Origin: Felis catus
Taxonomy: Eukaryota
Assembly: GCF_018350175.1 (NCBI RefSeq)
Contig: NC_058368.1
Coordinates: 204,354,001 to 204,418,000 of the forward strand
Direction of reading: 5' to 3'
Length of the DNA: 64,000 nucleotides
A program made the position numbers and the translations under genes. Shown here piece by piece: positions 1 through 11,495 of the stretch. The notes below the pieces were generated by a model. It was given only the letters and a program-made list of their open reading frames with translations, made no database searches and was not told where the DNA came from. Position 1 is the stretch's first letter. The number at the start of each line of letters is the position of its first letter.

Positions 1-250
1 AGGGGCGGTCTTGTTGTTGTCAGTGGTGGTGGCAGGAAGGGTTGGGATGGGAGGGGTATCTTGGCTCTAGCTCAGTAGCAGAGGTGCTAGTGCTGACAGC
101 CCCAGCGGCTTCAGCAGGAGTGTGAGCTCTGGGGATTTGAATAACCACCTTCCCCTTTTTTTTGCTCCTCTAGCCCAGCCAACAAATTTGAAACCGTTTC
201 CCTCTATTAAATTCTCCCCTGTGAGAAATAATTTAGAATAACTTCTCTTA
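1..250 (+). mobile_element. Old MaLR/MLT1-like LTR 3' fragment
   Basis: End resembles MLT1 termini (ttccctctattaaattctcccctgt...tagaataacttctc); family assigned by eye. Confidence 0.35.
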
Positions 251-446
251 ATGAATACAATCTCTTAAAAAAATTGAGACTCTGGTAGGTCATGTGACTT
301 GCCCGTAGACAGGCACGTAGCAATGGTGCTGAGTGGCTAGCACATTTATTTTACTGTTAGTAAATAAATCTAGGCACTACTGAAAGTATGTATAGTGTGG
401 CAACAGTTTTCTATAGTGCCCTTTTAAAAAAAAGAAGGGGTGGTTT

Positions 447-663
447 AAAAAAAAAATTTTTTTTAACGTTTATGTATTTTTGAGACAGAGAGAGACAGCA
501 TGAACGGGGGAGGGTCAGAGAGAGGAAGACACAGAATCGGAAACAGGCTCCAGGCTCTGAGCTGTCAGCACAGAGCCCGACGTGGGGCTCGAACCCACGG
601 ACCGCGAGATTGTGACCTGAGCCGAAGTTGGCCGCTTAACCGACTGAGCCACCTAGGTGCCCC
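447..663 (-). mobile_element. Can-SINE with 15-bp TSD
   Basis: Reverse-complement SINE body; TSD aagaaggggtggttt at 432-446 and 664-678. Confidence 0.92.
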
Positions 664-969
664 AAGAAGGGGTGGTTTTAAGAGGTGTTATCTAGATGCC
701 ACATAAGTAATATATGGATTACCAGTTTTCAAATTTGAATCAGTTTTTTTTTTCTCCCTGATTTAGAAGCTAAGTGATACCTTGTGATCATTTGTTGCCT
801 ATATACTGGCTGTAGAAAGTATAGGATATTGGCATATCACCCTGTGATGGGTCCTGGAACTTATTTTTGCTTAAAATTTTAATCATATGGGTTCTGGGTG
901 AGGGAGTGGGGTTCTTTATAATAACAAGGGCCTTGTACGGATTGATTTGGTGGACTTCTATAGTATGGC

Positions 970-1158
970 TTTTTTTTAAGTTTGTTTGTCTGTTTGTTTA
1001 TTTATTTAGAGGCAGGGAGGGGCAGAGAGAATCCCGGGCAGGCTCCACACTGGCAGCGCAGAGCCCAGTGCAGGGCTCGAATTCATGAACTGTGAAACCA
1101 TGACCTGAGCCGAAATCAAGATTCAGAGGCTTAACTGACTGAGCCACCCAGGCGCGCC
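970..1158 (-). mobile_element. Can-SINE
   Basis: T-rich tail ... gactgagccacccaggcgc. Confidence 0.85.
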
Positions 1159-1419
1159 TGATTTAACAATTTTTAAAGTCCCTTAAAGTCAATAGCTGTG
1201 AATAATCCATATATCTATGATGAGTGACTGACTGACTTATTTAAACGTTTTTGGGTGGCCAGGAATGGATTAGGTACTTGAATTCTGATTTGTGGACCAT
1301 ATTACTAATTGTCATTGTATTTTATCTTATAGTTCTTTACAACAGAAGGATCTTATTTGAGTTTTCTTTACCTTTAATAATCATTTCTTAAATCTAAAGA
1401 GGTCCAGGGTTTTGTTTGT

Positions 1420-1535
1420 TTTTGCTTTTTAAAGATTTTATTTTAAGTAATCTCTGTGCCCAGCATGGGGCTCAAACTCATGACTCCGAGATCAAGAGTC
1501 GCACGTTCCATCAACTGAGCCAGCCAGGCACCCCT
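1420..1535 (-). mobile_element. Short older Can-SINE
   Basis: ggggctcaaactcatgactccgagatcaagagtc...gccagccaggcacccc. Confidence 0.75.
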
Positions 1536-1647
1536 GAAAAGGTCTAGTTTTAAATCAGGTGCAAATCTTTGTAAAAGACAGTAATTTTAAATAATAGTAT
1601 TCCATTCATACTACAATGACTACTTTCACGTATTAAAATTGCCCCTA

Positions 1648-1793
1648 ATATAGTCCGTGGTATTGTAATAGCATTGTGTGGTGACAGATGGTAGCTACAC
1701 TTGTGAGCAGAGCATATTGCATGGAGTTGTCGAATCTCTATGTTGTACACCTGAAACCAATGTAACATTGTGTGTCAGCTATACTTTAATTAA

Positions 1794-1833
<40 letters not shown>
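1648..1833 (+). mobile_element. L1 3' end (carnivore type) with (TAA)n tail
   Basis: tgttgtacacctgaaaccaatgtaacattgtgtgtcagctatac matches the L1 3' end also seen at about 50390-50440. Confidence 0.75.
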
Positions 1834-1835
<2 letters not shown>

Positions 1836-1999
1836 CTTGGCTGCCCTAAGTAAAATATACTAAACTTAGAACCTAAATTAACATTTTGGGTGATAGTTGA
1901 ACTTTTAATGTTGATGTCTTAAGTTTGAACTTGACAATCTGGAATTTATAACCTAAAACAACATTTTTTTTCTGTTTTTCTTTCTCAAGCTCTTTCACC

Positions 2000-2447
2000 A
2001 TGCCTGGGTCACTTCCTTTGAATGCAGAAGCCTGCTGGCCAAAAGATGTGGGAATTGTTGCCCTTGAGATCTATTTTCCTTCTCAATATGTTGATCAAGC
2101 AGAGTTGGAAAAGTATGATGGTGTAGATGCTGGAAAGTATACTATTGGCTTGGGCCAGGCCAGAATGGGCTTCTGCACCGATAGAGAAGATATCAACTCT
2201 CTTTGCATGACTGTGGTTCAGAATCTTATGGAGAGAAATAGCCTTTCGTATGATTGCATTGGGCGTTTAGAAGTTGGAACGGAGACAATCATCGACAAGT
2301 CGAAGTCCGTGAAGACTAATTTGATGCAGCTGTTTGAGGAGTCTGGGAACACAGATATAGAAGGAATAGATACAACTAATGCATGCTATGGAGGCACAGC
2401 TGCTGTCTTTAATGCTGTTAACTGGATTGAGTCCAGCTCTTGGGATG
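2000..2447 (+). CDS. HMGCS1: HMGCS1 first coding exon (exon begins at 1990; ATG at 2000)
   Basis: Translates [30 protein letters not shown]...; contains catalytic Glu95 (VGTET) and Cys129 (TNACYGG); pyrimidine tract + AG at 1988-1989; GT donor at 2448; 448 coding nt. Confidence 0.98.
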
Positions 2448-2773
2448 GTATGTTACATGTTATATGTTACCTGTTATTCCAAAGAAACTCTCCTTGAGGA
2501 TGCATAGGCCCAAACGACCTTTTAATTAATGCCATGTGCAATCTTGCCAGTTACGCTTGTTTGAATATGCTCAGAAATATAGCTCTTTCAACTTATCTGA
2601 ATTATAAACTTGTTATCTTTATCATGTAGGACAAAATTATAAAAATTTGGAATATTTTTTTCTTTGCCAAAGATGAGGAAAGCACATTCTAGAAAAATAG
2701 AAGACTTCAGTTTATATGTGTGATATTTATAGTGGTGATCACCTTCTTATATATTAACAAAAATATTTTTCAG

Positions 2774-2899
2774 GACGGTATGCCCTGGTGGTTGCAGGAG
2801 ATATCGCTGTCTATGCCACAGGAAATGCTAGACCTACAGGGGGAGTTGGAGCTGTTGCTCTCCTCATTGGGCCAAATGCTCCCTTAATTTTTGAGCGAG
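2774..2899 (+). CDS. HMGCS1: HMGCS1 coding exon 2
   Basis: ttttcag|GACGGTAT ([14 protein letters not shown]...), donor gtgagt at 2900; 126 nt, phase consistent. Confidence 0.96.
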
Positions 2900-3431
2900 G
2901 TGAGTGTTTGAGAGAGCATTTCTTTTTTTATTAGCAAAGTGTGCCAAGAAAGTTGAAAACAGAAACAGAAGCCGGTATTTACTGAGTGTTCATTAAATGC
3001 GGGTACTGCCTGCTCAGTGCTTTATTTGTGTTACTGTGTTTAGTCTTTACAGCGATTTTATGAGGTAAGTAACATCATTCTCATTTTACAGAGAAGTAAG
3101 ATGGGTTTAAGTAACAACCAAAAAGAGCAACTGGCCCATAGTCACTCATTAGTGACAAGTTTAATTTGTTTTCAGTTCAGTAGAGCAATTGTGATGTCCC
3201 ATTTAGACATATGAAGCTTGTGTAAAATGTTGCAGTGAAAGAAGTCTTAGGCCTATCCATGGATACTGTTGTTTCATTTCAATTACATGTTGGTCTCACC
3301 TTGTGATTTCTTATACTGCAAGTGGCAAGAGTAGATTATTAAGGAAAGTCCCCATATAATGGGATATGCTTACTAACATACAAACATCCAGAAGCAGAAA
3401 TACATATCATCTTCCTTTTTTGTTCTAATAG

Positions 3432-3596
3432 GACTTCGTGGGACACATATGCAACACGCCTATGACTTTTACAAGCCCGATATGCTTTCTGAATATCCTA
3501 TAGTAGATGGAAAACTCTCCATACAGTGCTACCTCGGTGCATTAGACCGCTGCTATGCTGTCTACCGCAAAAAGATCCGTGCGCAGTGGCAGAAAG
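3432..3596 (+). CDS. HMGCS1: HMGCS1 coding exon 3
   Basis: tag|[42 protein letters not shown]...; donor gtgggt at 3597; 165 nt. Confidence 0.96.
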
Positions 3597-3854
3597 GTGG
3601 GTTTCATCCATTCTCCTTGGTTTTGGTATCTGTTGAGGGCAGTGCGATATACTAAGTATCTTTAGTGAGATGTTGCTTTGTAGGAGTGTCCTTTAACCAT
3701 TTCTTCCTCACCTACCAGATTGCATTTTCCCATAGTTTTTGGGAATGTGTAATTTCGGAAAACAGGTAAGCTTTGGAAATGAGGTATGTCTATGCAAAAA
3801 TACTTAGATTTATCCTCAGTAAAAAATTAAAACTAGGGTTAAAGAAAGTGACTT

Positions 3855-4039
3855 GGGGGCACCTAGGTGGCTCAGGCAATTAAGTGTCCGACTCTTGATT
3901 TCAGCTCAGGTCAGGATCTCACGGTTCATGAGTTCGAGCCTTGTGTTGGGCTCTGAGCTTACAGTACAGAGCCTGCCTGGGATTCTCTCCCTCCCTCTAT
4001 GACCTACCTAGGATTCTCTCTGCCCCTCCCCTGCTTGTG

Positions 4040-4086
<47 letters not shown>

Positions 4087-4100
4087 AAAATAAAAAAAAC
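3855..4100 (+). mobile_element. Can-SINE
   Basis: ggggcacctaggtggctc head, (CT)n and A tail. Confidence 0.88.
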
Positions 4101-4973
4101 TTGAATTTTGTTCATCTTTTGACAGAGGTACTTTTATAAGGCTTTAGTTTGCAACTGTGATCCAGAGCAAACTCTAATGAAAATAAATTGCTGAAGTGAC
4201 TCCCTCCGCCCCATAGGTTGTTTGCATTTGACCTGTGAATTCATACTTGCTTTTTCAGTGTCCTCATTAATCTCTATCTTTAATCCTAAAAAAATTTCTT
4301 GAGATATACTCAGCAGTACAGTATTTGAATTAGTGCTATTAAAACACACAGTATCATATAAATCAGGCTTTTTCCATAAACTAACTTTGCTTTATAGAGG
4401 TTGTGAGAGAGGGTTAAAAATTGAATAACATAGTAAGATTGAATAACATAGTAAGATTCATGGTGGTCCTGGAGAAGAAGCATTCTTGCATTGTGTAAAA
4501 TGTCATACTGTTTAACAGTATTTAACAATACAGTGATTTTCTAGCTTTTTATTAGGATCCGTAGTGAGAAGTACATTCTACTTTGTCTATGCTTGCTAAA
4601 TGGAAACAAAAATATCATGAAATTACTTATCCATGCCACAAGTTACACAGTTTGCTATTTGCTACTGTTTTGTGTTTCATTAAAAAAATACTCTAAGGTT
4701 AAAAAAAAAAAACAAAACAGAAAAAGCTGGCCCCAACCCACTAAATTAATTACAGACTCTTAAGTATGGAAACAGTGATGTGGTAGTGGATATTGTTCTA
4801 TCTCTGGATGTCTTTTTGATCTGCATTTTAAGCCATTAGAGATTATTTCATTATACAGTATATTTTTGGTTGCTTTTTAAAGATATAAGAACATCGTAGC
4901 CTTGTTCTAAAATCAGCCTTCCAAAGATAGTGGTTTAAATGAATTTCATAATTTCTTTGCGTTTCTCTTTCAG

Positions 4974-5139
4974 AGGGAAATGATAGAGATTTTACCTTGA
5001 ATGATTTTGGTTTCATGATCTTCCACTCACCCTACTGTAAGCTGGTTCAGAAATCTCTAGCTCGGATGTTGCTGAATGACTTCCTTAATGACCAGAACAG
5101 AGATAAAAACAGTACCTATAGTGGCCTGGAAGCCTTTGG
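4974..5139 (+). CDS. HMGCS1: HMGCS1 coding exon 4
   Basis: ttcag|AGGGAAAT; contains the FHSPYCK motif with the catalytic His; donor gtaaga at 5140; 166 nt. Confidence 0.96.
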
Positions 5140-5935
5140 GTAAGAGGAGTTGTTATGATTTTTTTCCTTCTGTGTGAGAGTATCATTATTTTTATAGACA
5201 TGAAAATTTTAGAGTCAAAAGGATCTTAAAAGTCATCTAGTCTAACCCATCTATGTCATTAGTGAAGAAACGGAGTCCCAGACAGGTGGTGGCTTACCTA
5301 CAGGAATTCTTTAGTTATCTCTCATATTTTCTGATTTCCTCCTTTTAGATCTGTTCCTGTTGTCACCATAATAATATCGCCTGATGAGTGCTCATATTTA
5401 CTACTACAGCCTCTGAAATCTTTTCCCTGCCTCTCAAGTCCCTGTGCCCCATCCCATCTCACACGCTGCCGCTATCAAAGTCGCCTTTCCTACTCCTTCC
5501 ACATTTTCCCCACTCTTGGGGCTCCCTAGAATGCCATGCCTGTTCCTTCTTGCCTGTGGCCCTTCTACGTCTAATAAAATTCTACTCAACTTTTTAAGAC
5601 CTGGCTCCTGTAATATCGTGACTTTTCTAACTAAATAGACATTATTATGGACTTGAAAGAGTAGTGTATTCAGCTTGGTGGCAACGAAGCTTTAGTGAGT
5701 TTATAAACCCACTAGAATTAAGTTGTCTTAACATGATTATAAAAAACTTCAACCAAAAAGACTGTATGTGTGCAACTGTTACATCTTCCATAACCATTAG
5801 CATGTTGCTACTTGGCTTTTAATAAATAAGGAAACTAAATCATACACACCGATTAGAATATTAGTTACGTCCACTAGTATAATAAAAATGTAGTCTTTGA
5901 GCATTGTAAGATGGTCTTTTTTCTTAATCTTTCAG

Positions 5936-6106
5936 GGATGTTAAATTAGAAGATACCTACTTTGATAGAGATGTGGAAAAGGCATTTATGAAGGCTAGTT
6001 CTGAACTCTTTAATCAGAAAACAAAGGCATCTTTGCTTGTGTCAAATCAGAATGGAAATATGTACACATCATCAGTGTATGGCTCCCTTGCTTCTGTTCT
6101 GGCACA
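5936..6106 (+). CDS. HMGCS1: HMGCS1 coding exon 5
   Basis: ttcag|[28 protein letters not shown]...[13 protein letters not shown]; donor gtaagt at 6107; 171 nt. Confidence 0.96.
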
Positions 6107-6580
6107 GTAAGTACCCATTTCGGCTGCTTCACTCCTCTCATTTGGGGATGTTCAATTTCGAAGACTGAAGCCGCTGGCAGGCATGTTATGGGCAGGTCAC
6201 AGGATGACCTTTTATTGCTAGGCTCTCTACCTACTGTCCATTGACCCAAAGAGAAATGGGACGAGGCTGCAGTTACTCCTGGGTACTCCGTTTCATACTG
6301 GCTTTCCTGGCTGCTGTTCTCGTGGTCTTCTTACTCTTGACCCGCAGTTGAACTGTAAATCCCTGGTTGGCAGAGTAACTCATTTTATGACATGATGACT
6401 TTCATAAAGCCCCATCATTCCCAAAGAGGCGAATAGTCTTGTTTCCAGTGTGCTTGTTGTAAAGCGCTAGGTTGGCTTCCTGCGGCTACAGGCTGAATTT
6501 TGACTCCCAACTCAGTCTTCCCACACCTTGTAGTTTTAGACCAGTGGGACTTTTTCATGACATTTCTTCCCTCTGCGCAG

Positions 6581-6687
6581 GTACACGCCTCAGCAGCTGG
6601 CAGGAAAGAGGATCGGTGTGTTCTCTTACGGTTCTGGCCTGGCTGCCACCATGTATTCCCTTAAAGTTACGCAAGATGCCACACCAG
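6581..6687 (+). CDS. HMGCS1: HMGCS1 coding exon 6
   Basis: gcag|[36 protein letters not shown] (FSYGSG motif); donor gtaaat at 6688; 107 nt. Confidence 0.96.
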
Positions 6688-6959
6688 GTAAATGCCAACA
6701 CTCCCAACAAGTGTGTATCGAGAAGCTGCCGTACCAGGGTCCATTCAGCGGGCTTCCCAAGTGAGCGCTTGAATCTGTCCCGCAGATAATTACATTTGAA
6801 TCTTCATCACTTCTTTCAACGTCGCCAGAGTTTTACTCTTGAATGATCTGCCTTAACTGGGTAAATAAATGGCAGGATTATGTCTGAGTTGGGAGATCTT
6901 TTTCCCTCTCATCTGAGTCAGAAAAAATATATAATGAGCTTAAAAAATCTTATTATGGC

Positions 6960-7184
6960 GGGGTGCCTAGGGGCTCAGTCAGTTGAATGACCATCTCTTG
7001 ATTTCAGCTCAGGTCATGATCTCATAGTCTGTGAGATCGAGCCCCATGTTGGGCTCTGTACTCAGCACTGAGCCTGTAGCCTGCTTAGGGTTCTGTCTCT
7101 CTCCCTCTGCCCTCCCCTGATCACGAGTGTTCTCTCTCTCTCTCTCTCTCTCTCAATCTAAAAATAAAGAAAAAGAAAGAAAGA
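6960..7184 (+). mobile_element. Can-SINE (outer part of a composite insertion)
   Basis: gggtgcctaggggctcagtcag head, (CT)n, AATAAA, A-rich tail. Confidence 0.88.
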
Positions 7185-7221
7185 ACACAGCACTGCACTA
7201 TACTTCCTCCTCCCCAACAGT

Positions 7222-7430
7222 TTTAAAAAATATATATTTTTAGAGGTTTTATTTATTTTTGAGAGAGAGAGCTCAAGGGGGGAGGTGCAGAGAGAGAGGG
7301 GGATAGAGGATCAGAAGCCGGCTCCGTACTGACAGCAGACAGCCCGATGTGGGTCTCGAACTCACAAACCTCAAGATCATGACCTGACCTGAAGTCGGAT
7401 GCTCAACCGACTGAGCCACCCAGAGGCCCC
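7222..7430 (-). mobile_element. Can-SINE (inner, inverted)
   Basis: Reverse-complement body ending ctgagccacccagaggcccc. Confidence 0.88.
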
Positions 7431-8024
7431 ATTAAAAAAAAAAAAAAAAAAATCTTATTATGGCATAGTGTTTGGCTTTTCCTTCTTCAGCAAGTAACTA
7501 TTTTTATCCTTTGTCTCAGTTTTAAAGCATTTATAACCAGGGGATATAGGTAGGGAAAGGGATGCATATCTGTTTACTACAGGCAACTTTTGAGTCTGAT
7601 CATACGAGTAATAGCAAACCGTTTCTTTTTGGTTTGGTTTTATACTAAGATATTTGATTTTTATAGGTTTCTAGTTTTTGGCTTATATTTTGAGAAACTT
7701 TTGTCCCTTCCCTGAGTAGGAAGGAGCAAAACATGGAGAAAAACTGGTGGAAGACTTGGCATTACTCTAAGACTGGATCATGTATTGACCATAGACAAGT
7801 TACTTACAGTTTCAGATCCCACTGATTTCCCGACTTGTCTATTGTCTGATACCAAACAAATGTCATAGGAAGGCTGCACCAAACAAATACTATCATATCT
7901 TTCAATTAAACAATATCAGGTAGTTCTACAAGGAACAAAAAGTTGTTTTTCCATTTGGTAGCATTTTGTTCAGGCTTTGGGGCATGCTACTTTTGTCTTT
8001 TAATTTTGGTGTTTACTGTTTTAG

Positions 8025-8150
8025 GGTCTGCTCTTGATAAAATAACAGCAAGTTTATGTGATCTTAAATCAAGACTTGACTCAAGAACTTGTGTGGCACC
8101 AGATGTCTTTGCTGAAAACATGAAGCTCAGAGAGGACACTCATCACTTGG
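8025..8150 (+). CDS. HMGCS1: HMGCS1 coding exon 7
   Basis: ttag|GGTCTGCT; SALDKITASLCDLKSRLDSRTCVAPDVFAENMKLREDTHHL; donor gtaaaa at 8151; 126 nt. Confidence 0.96.
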
Positions 8151-8376
8151 GTAAAAATACCAAATTGTGTTTAAACATTTATACCCAAAAGCCTATTGGA
8201 GGGCTCTAATAATATGAAACATGTTACGTGTAAGATAAGGATATCTAGGCTTTATTCGATACTAATCTGGTATCAGTAAAAATTGTGGGGAAATATGCAA
8301 CTTTTTATCTCTAGTTTTATTACCAGGTGAATTGTATATCATAACTAACGTTTCATATTCTCTTCCTTTCCTTTAG

Positions 8377-8540
8377 TCAACTATATTCCCCAGAGTTCAG
8401 TAGATTCACTCTTTGAAGGAACATGGTACTTGGTCAGAGTGGATGAGAAGCACAGGAGGACCTATGCCCGGCGCCCCTCTCCCAGTGACGACACCCTGGG
8501 GGAAGGAGTGGGACTTGTGCATTCAAGTACAGCCACTGAG
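8377..8540 (+). CDS. HMGCS1: HMGCS1 coding exon 8
   Basis: ctttag|[40 protein letters not shown]; donor gtgggt at 8541; 164 nt. Confidence 0.96.
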
Positions 8541-8959
8541 GTGGGTAAAGCTCGTCGTGCTTGTTCTCTGCCTTTGACAGCATAAGAAATTTCCATCCCC
8601 ACATCTCCGGGGGACCCGAGACTGAGCCACCTAAAGGAATGTCGAGAAAGCAGAGTAATTCAGAGCTAGGGCTCTGGTGTTGGATTCCAGCTGTGCCATT
8701 TTCTACTGTATGAAGTGCTTTGCACTCAAATTATTAGCAGTTTGAAAATGGATAGTAAATACTAGGTTTTATTAAGAATACCAACATTTAAAGGAAAACT
8801 GATGTAGAGAGAAGGCTCATTTTGTGGTAATGTCTTGGTGAGAGAGGAGCCCCCGTCGTCTCTTCAGGCCATTGTCAAATCTCTATAAATTGTCAAGCAG
8901 CAACAATAATAGCAATGATTTGAATTCCTATCATATGCTAGGAACTTCATTTACATTTT

Positions 8960-9160
8960 ATTTTTTTAATGTTTATTTGTTTTTAAGAGCAAGAGAGAGA
9001 CCAGGGAGGTACAGAGAGAGGGAGACAGAGAATCCTAAGCAGGCTCTGTGTTGTCAACGCAGTGCCCGATGTCGGGCTCGAACTCACGAACTGTGAGATC
9101 ACGACCCGAGCCAAAATCAAGAGTCAGATGCTTAACCGACTTAAGCCATCCAGGCGCCCC
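8960..9160 (-). mobile_element. Can-SINE
   Basis: Reverse-complement body; TSD atttacatttt. Confidence 0.88.
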
Positions 9161-9672
9161 TATTTACATTTTCTGATTTAGTCCTTACAAAATCCATCTT
9201 GAGTAAATGATGCTATCCCCATTCTACAGATGAAGCTGCAAGAAGTTAGATGATTTGCCAAGTCAAGGCCACGCTTTAAACTAAGGACTTTATGACCTTG
9301 AAGTTGTTTATTTTATCTGCTCATCACAAACTTGATGAATGCATAGGCTCGCTTCTTGCTCTTACACAAATTAGGTAGCAAGTCGTGGCGCTAGAGTGAG
9401 AGTTGGCAACGCAAGAGTAGCAAGTAGAATACTGTGTATGGAAGGTCTCGGTGGTCTTCTCTCCCTCGCTCTGAGTATTTGTGTATTACTTCACCATTAG
9501 GTAAAGAATTGCTATTTAGTTCCTTCCCTGAAAGGTTCTATAGGATATGTGTTTAGCATCAACCTCTCCAAAGTTGTCCTTTCTCAGGTTTTTCTTTAAT
9601 GAGAATTTTAATTAGCACTCTATCTCTAAAAAAACCCCAAGGAGTCAACAACTCTTTTTCCTTCAATTTTAG

Positions 9673-9762
9673 CACATTCCAAGTCCTGCTAAGAAAGTGC
9701 CAAGGCTCCCTGCAACAGCGGCAGAACCCGAAGCGGCTGTCATTAGTAACGGGGAGCATTGA
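9673..9762 (+). CDS. HMGCS1: HMGCS1 last coding exon (stop TGA at 9760-9762)
   Basis: tttag|CACATT; HIPSPAKKVPRLPATAAEPEAAVISNGEH*; the exons sum to 1563 nt = 520 aa + stop. Confidence 0.95.
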   Translation, partial: HIPSPAKKVPRLPATAAEPEAAVISNGEH

Positions 9763-11495
9763 GATAATTGTGTGAAGTGGAAGACTTAAGTCAGTGTGGG
9801 TTCGGGTGGGGGGTATGTATGGGAACAGTTCTGGGAATGGGATGTCTGGGGACAATTTTAAAGGATTACATGTTATGTAACTTTTTATGTGACTGACATG
9901 GAGCCTGGAAAACTATCGTGTTCTTGGGAAAGTCTCTTTGCTCAATTTGCTAACATGCTTCCTGTCGTGGTCTAGCCAATGCTTAATGTACCGGAATGAT
10001 GTTTAAGGGCTCTGTAAACTTCATACCTCTCTGGCCATTTGTATGCATGAAGCTTAGTTTTTAAATGTGGTATGACGAATTGTGCGCTTTGGGCGAAGAA
10101 AGCAGAGGTACTGGTCTCCGATTTTAATTTTTTTAAACACGTAAGAATTTTGTACTTTGAACAAACTAGCTTACTGAAAGCACCTGTGGTTTTTGAAAAA
10201 AGTTTCTAGTTCAGGGCGTATGGTCTTAAAATGTGATATGCACAAACCCTGTTTAAAAATGGCAAGACAAACCTGCTCTTTTTCTATAATTTATAAATCC
10301 TGAAGAGGGAGAAGAGTTGGGATGATATGGCACTGGTTCTGGAAACCGGAATGTTGCTTTAAATCCAGGCCAGCAGGGATGAGTTATTGCAATGACCTCT
10401 GTGAACAGAGAGATGCTAGCGTTGAGTGGACGTTTGGCACAGACAGCGTGCTGCACTGGGAGCTGTGGCTGTACCTCTGGGTCTGCTTCTGGATCGTTGG
10501 CTCAAGGTGGATTATGCTGAACAACACTGAGATGTCGGTGGAGCTGTGTATGAGGAAGTGTTGGGATCCTTCTTTGCACCTTATTTTGAAGAATAAGTAA
10601 AACATCTTTCTGGCTGCCTTTAAAACTTTTAAAACAAGATGGAAGGATGAGGCAGGGCATTATTAGGTTACTTCTGATGCTTCAGTGTTATGAATTCAAC
10701 TTAAAGACTGACAGCCTAAATTCATGGTGTAAGTATTCCTTTTTTTTTTTTTTTTTTCTTTTTTGGGTATCTTTTCAATGAAAAAAACAAAAAAAACAAA
10801 AAACTGCAACCCACGTTTTTATATAGTATGACCAGCCAAAAAGAGTATTCCATTTCAAGTTCTGGAAGTAGGATTTATAAAGCATTTTTTTAGACTTTCA
10901 CCTTAAAAAACCAACAAAAACTATCACATAGGATGAATAAGAAGACTGGTTAGATCGTTTTGTAGATCTTCTTGGTGCTGAATATGACATGAGCCTTATA
11001 GATTGTAACATAGAGATAGTTGGAACTAATGTACAGAACTCAATTTTTTAAACTTTATTTGCTGTTAAATTCTGTGAAGTTTCAGTTATCTCAGATAAAC
11101 TTACACAAATATGAACTGTAATGTTTCAGATTGCAAGGTAATATGTAATGTAGTGTTTGTAAAATACTCTTGTCTAATATTAACTAGTGGTATTTTGATT
11201 TGTACAGTCATAATTTGTTAAAATGACTTCATTTTAACATCTACTGATGTAGATTAATAATGTAAGTTCACATTTAAAGATTAATGGGAAAATGGTGCAT
11301 GTAAGACTTTCACAAGCATTGGGAGTTTGGTATGTTTTGAAAAGAGTTAATTTAATTTTTGGGTGTCAGGAAATGGGTTTCTCAAAGTCCATTGCCGGCA
11401 ATGGGCAAAAGCCTGGTGAAATTGTCAGAGCATTAACTGTACACCTTATCAACAGTGAGGTGAATAACTTTGAATAAAGTTTTAGACAAATATTT
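9763..11495 (+). other. HMGCS1: HMGCS1 3'UTR (about 1.7 kb; end approximate)
   Basis: AT-rich sequence after the stop with no recognisable interspersed repeat, ending near a canonical AATAAA. Confidence 0.65.
11473..11478 (+). terminator. Probable HMGCS1 polyadenylation signal AATAAA
   Basis: AATAAA followed about 30 nt downstream by a T-rich tract. Confidence 0.6.

Noticed and set aside
500..706. Recurring ORFs of the type GRERGRHRIGNRLQALS and GAWVAQSV
   Set aside because: They are translations of Can-SINE copies. The tRNA-like A/B boxes belong to the SINE heads and are not tRNA genes
767..818. Possible small 5'UTR exon of HMGCS1 (pyrimidine tract + AG ... gtatag)
   Set aside because: Weak donor and no independent support
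6578..6586. cag|gtacac: acceptor immediately followed by GT (recursive-splice-like)
   Set aside because: Poor donor consensus, short introns, and the GT is explained by the Gln-Tyr codons
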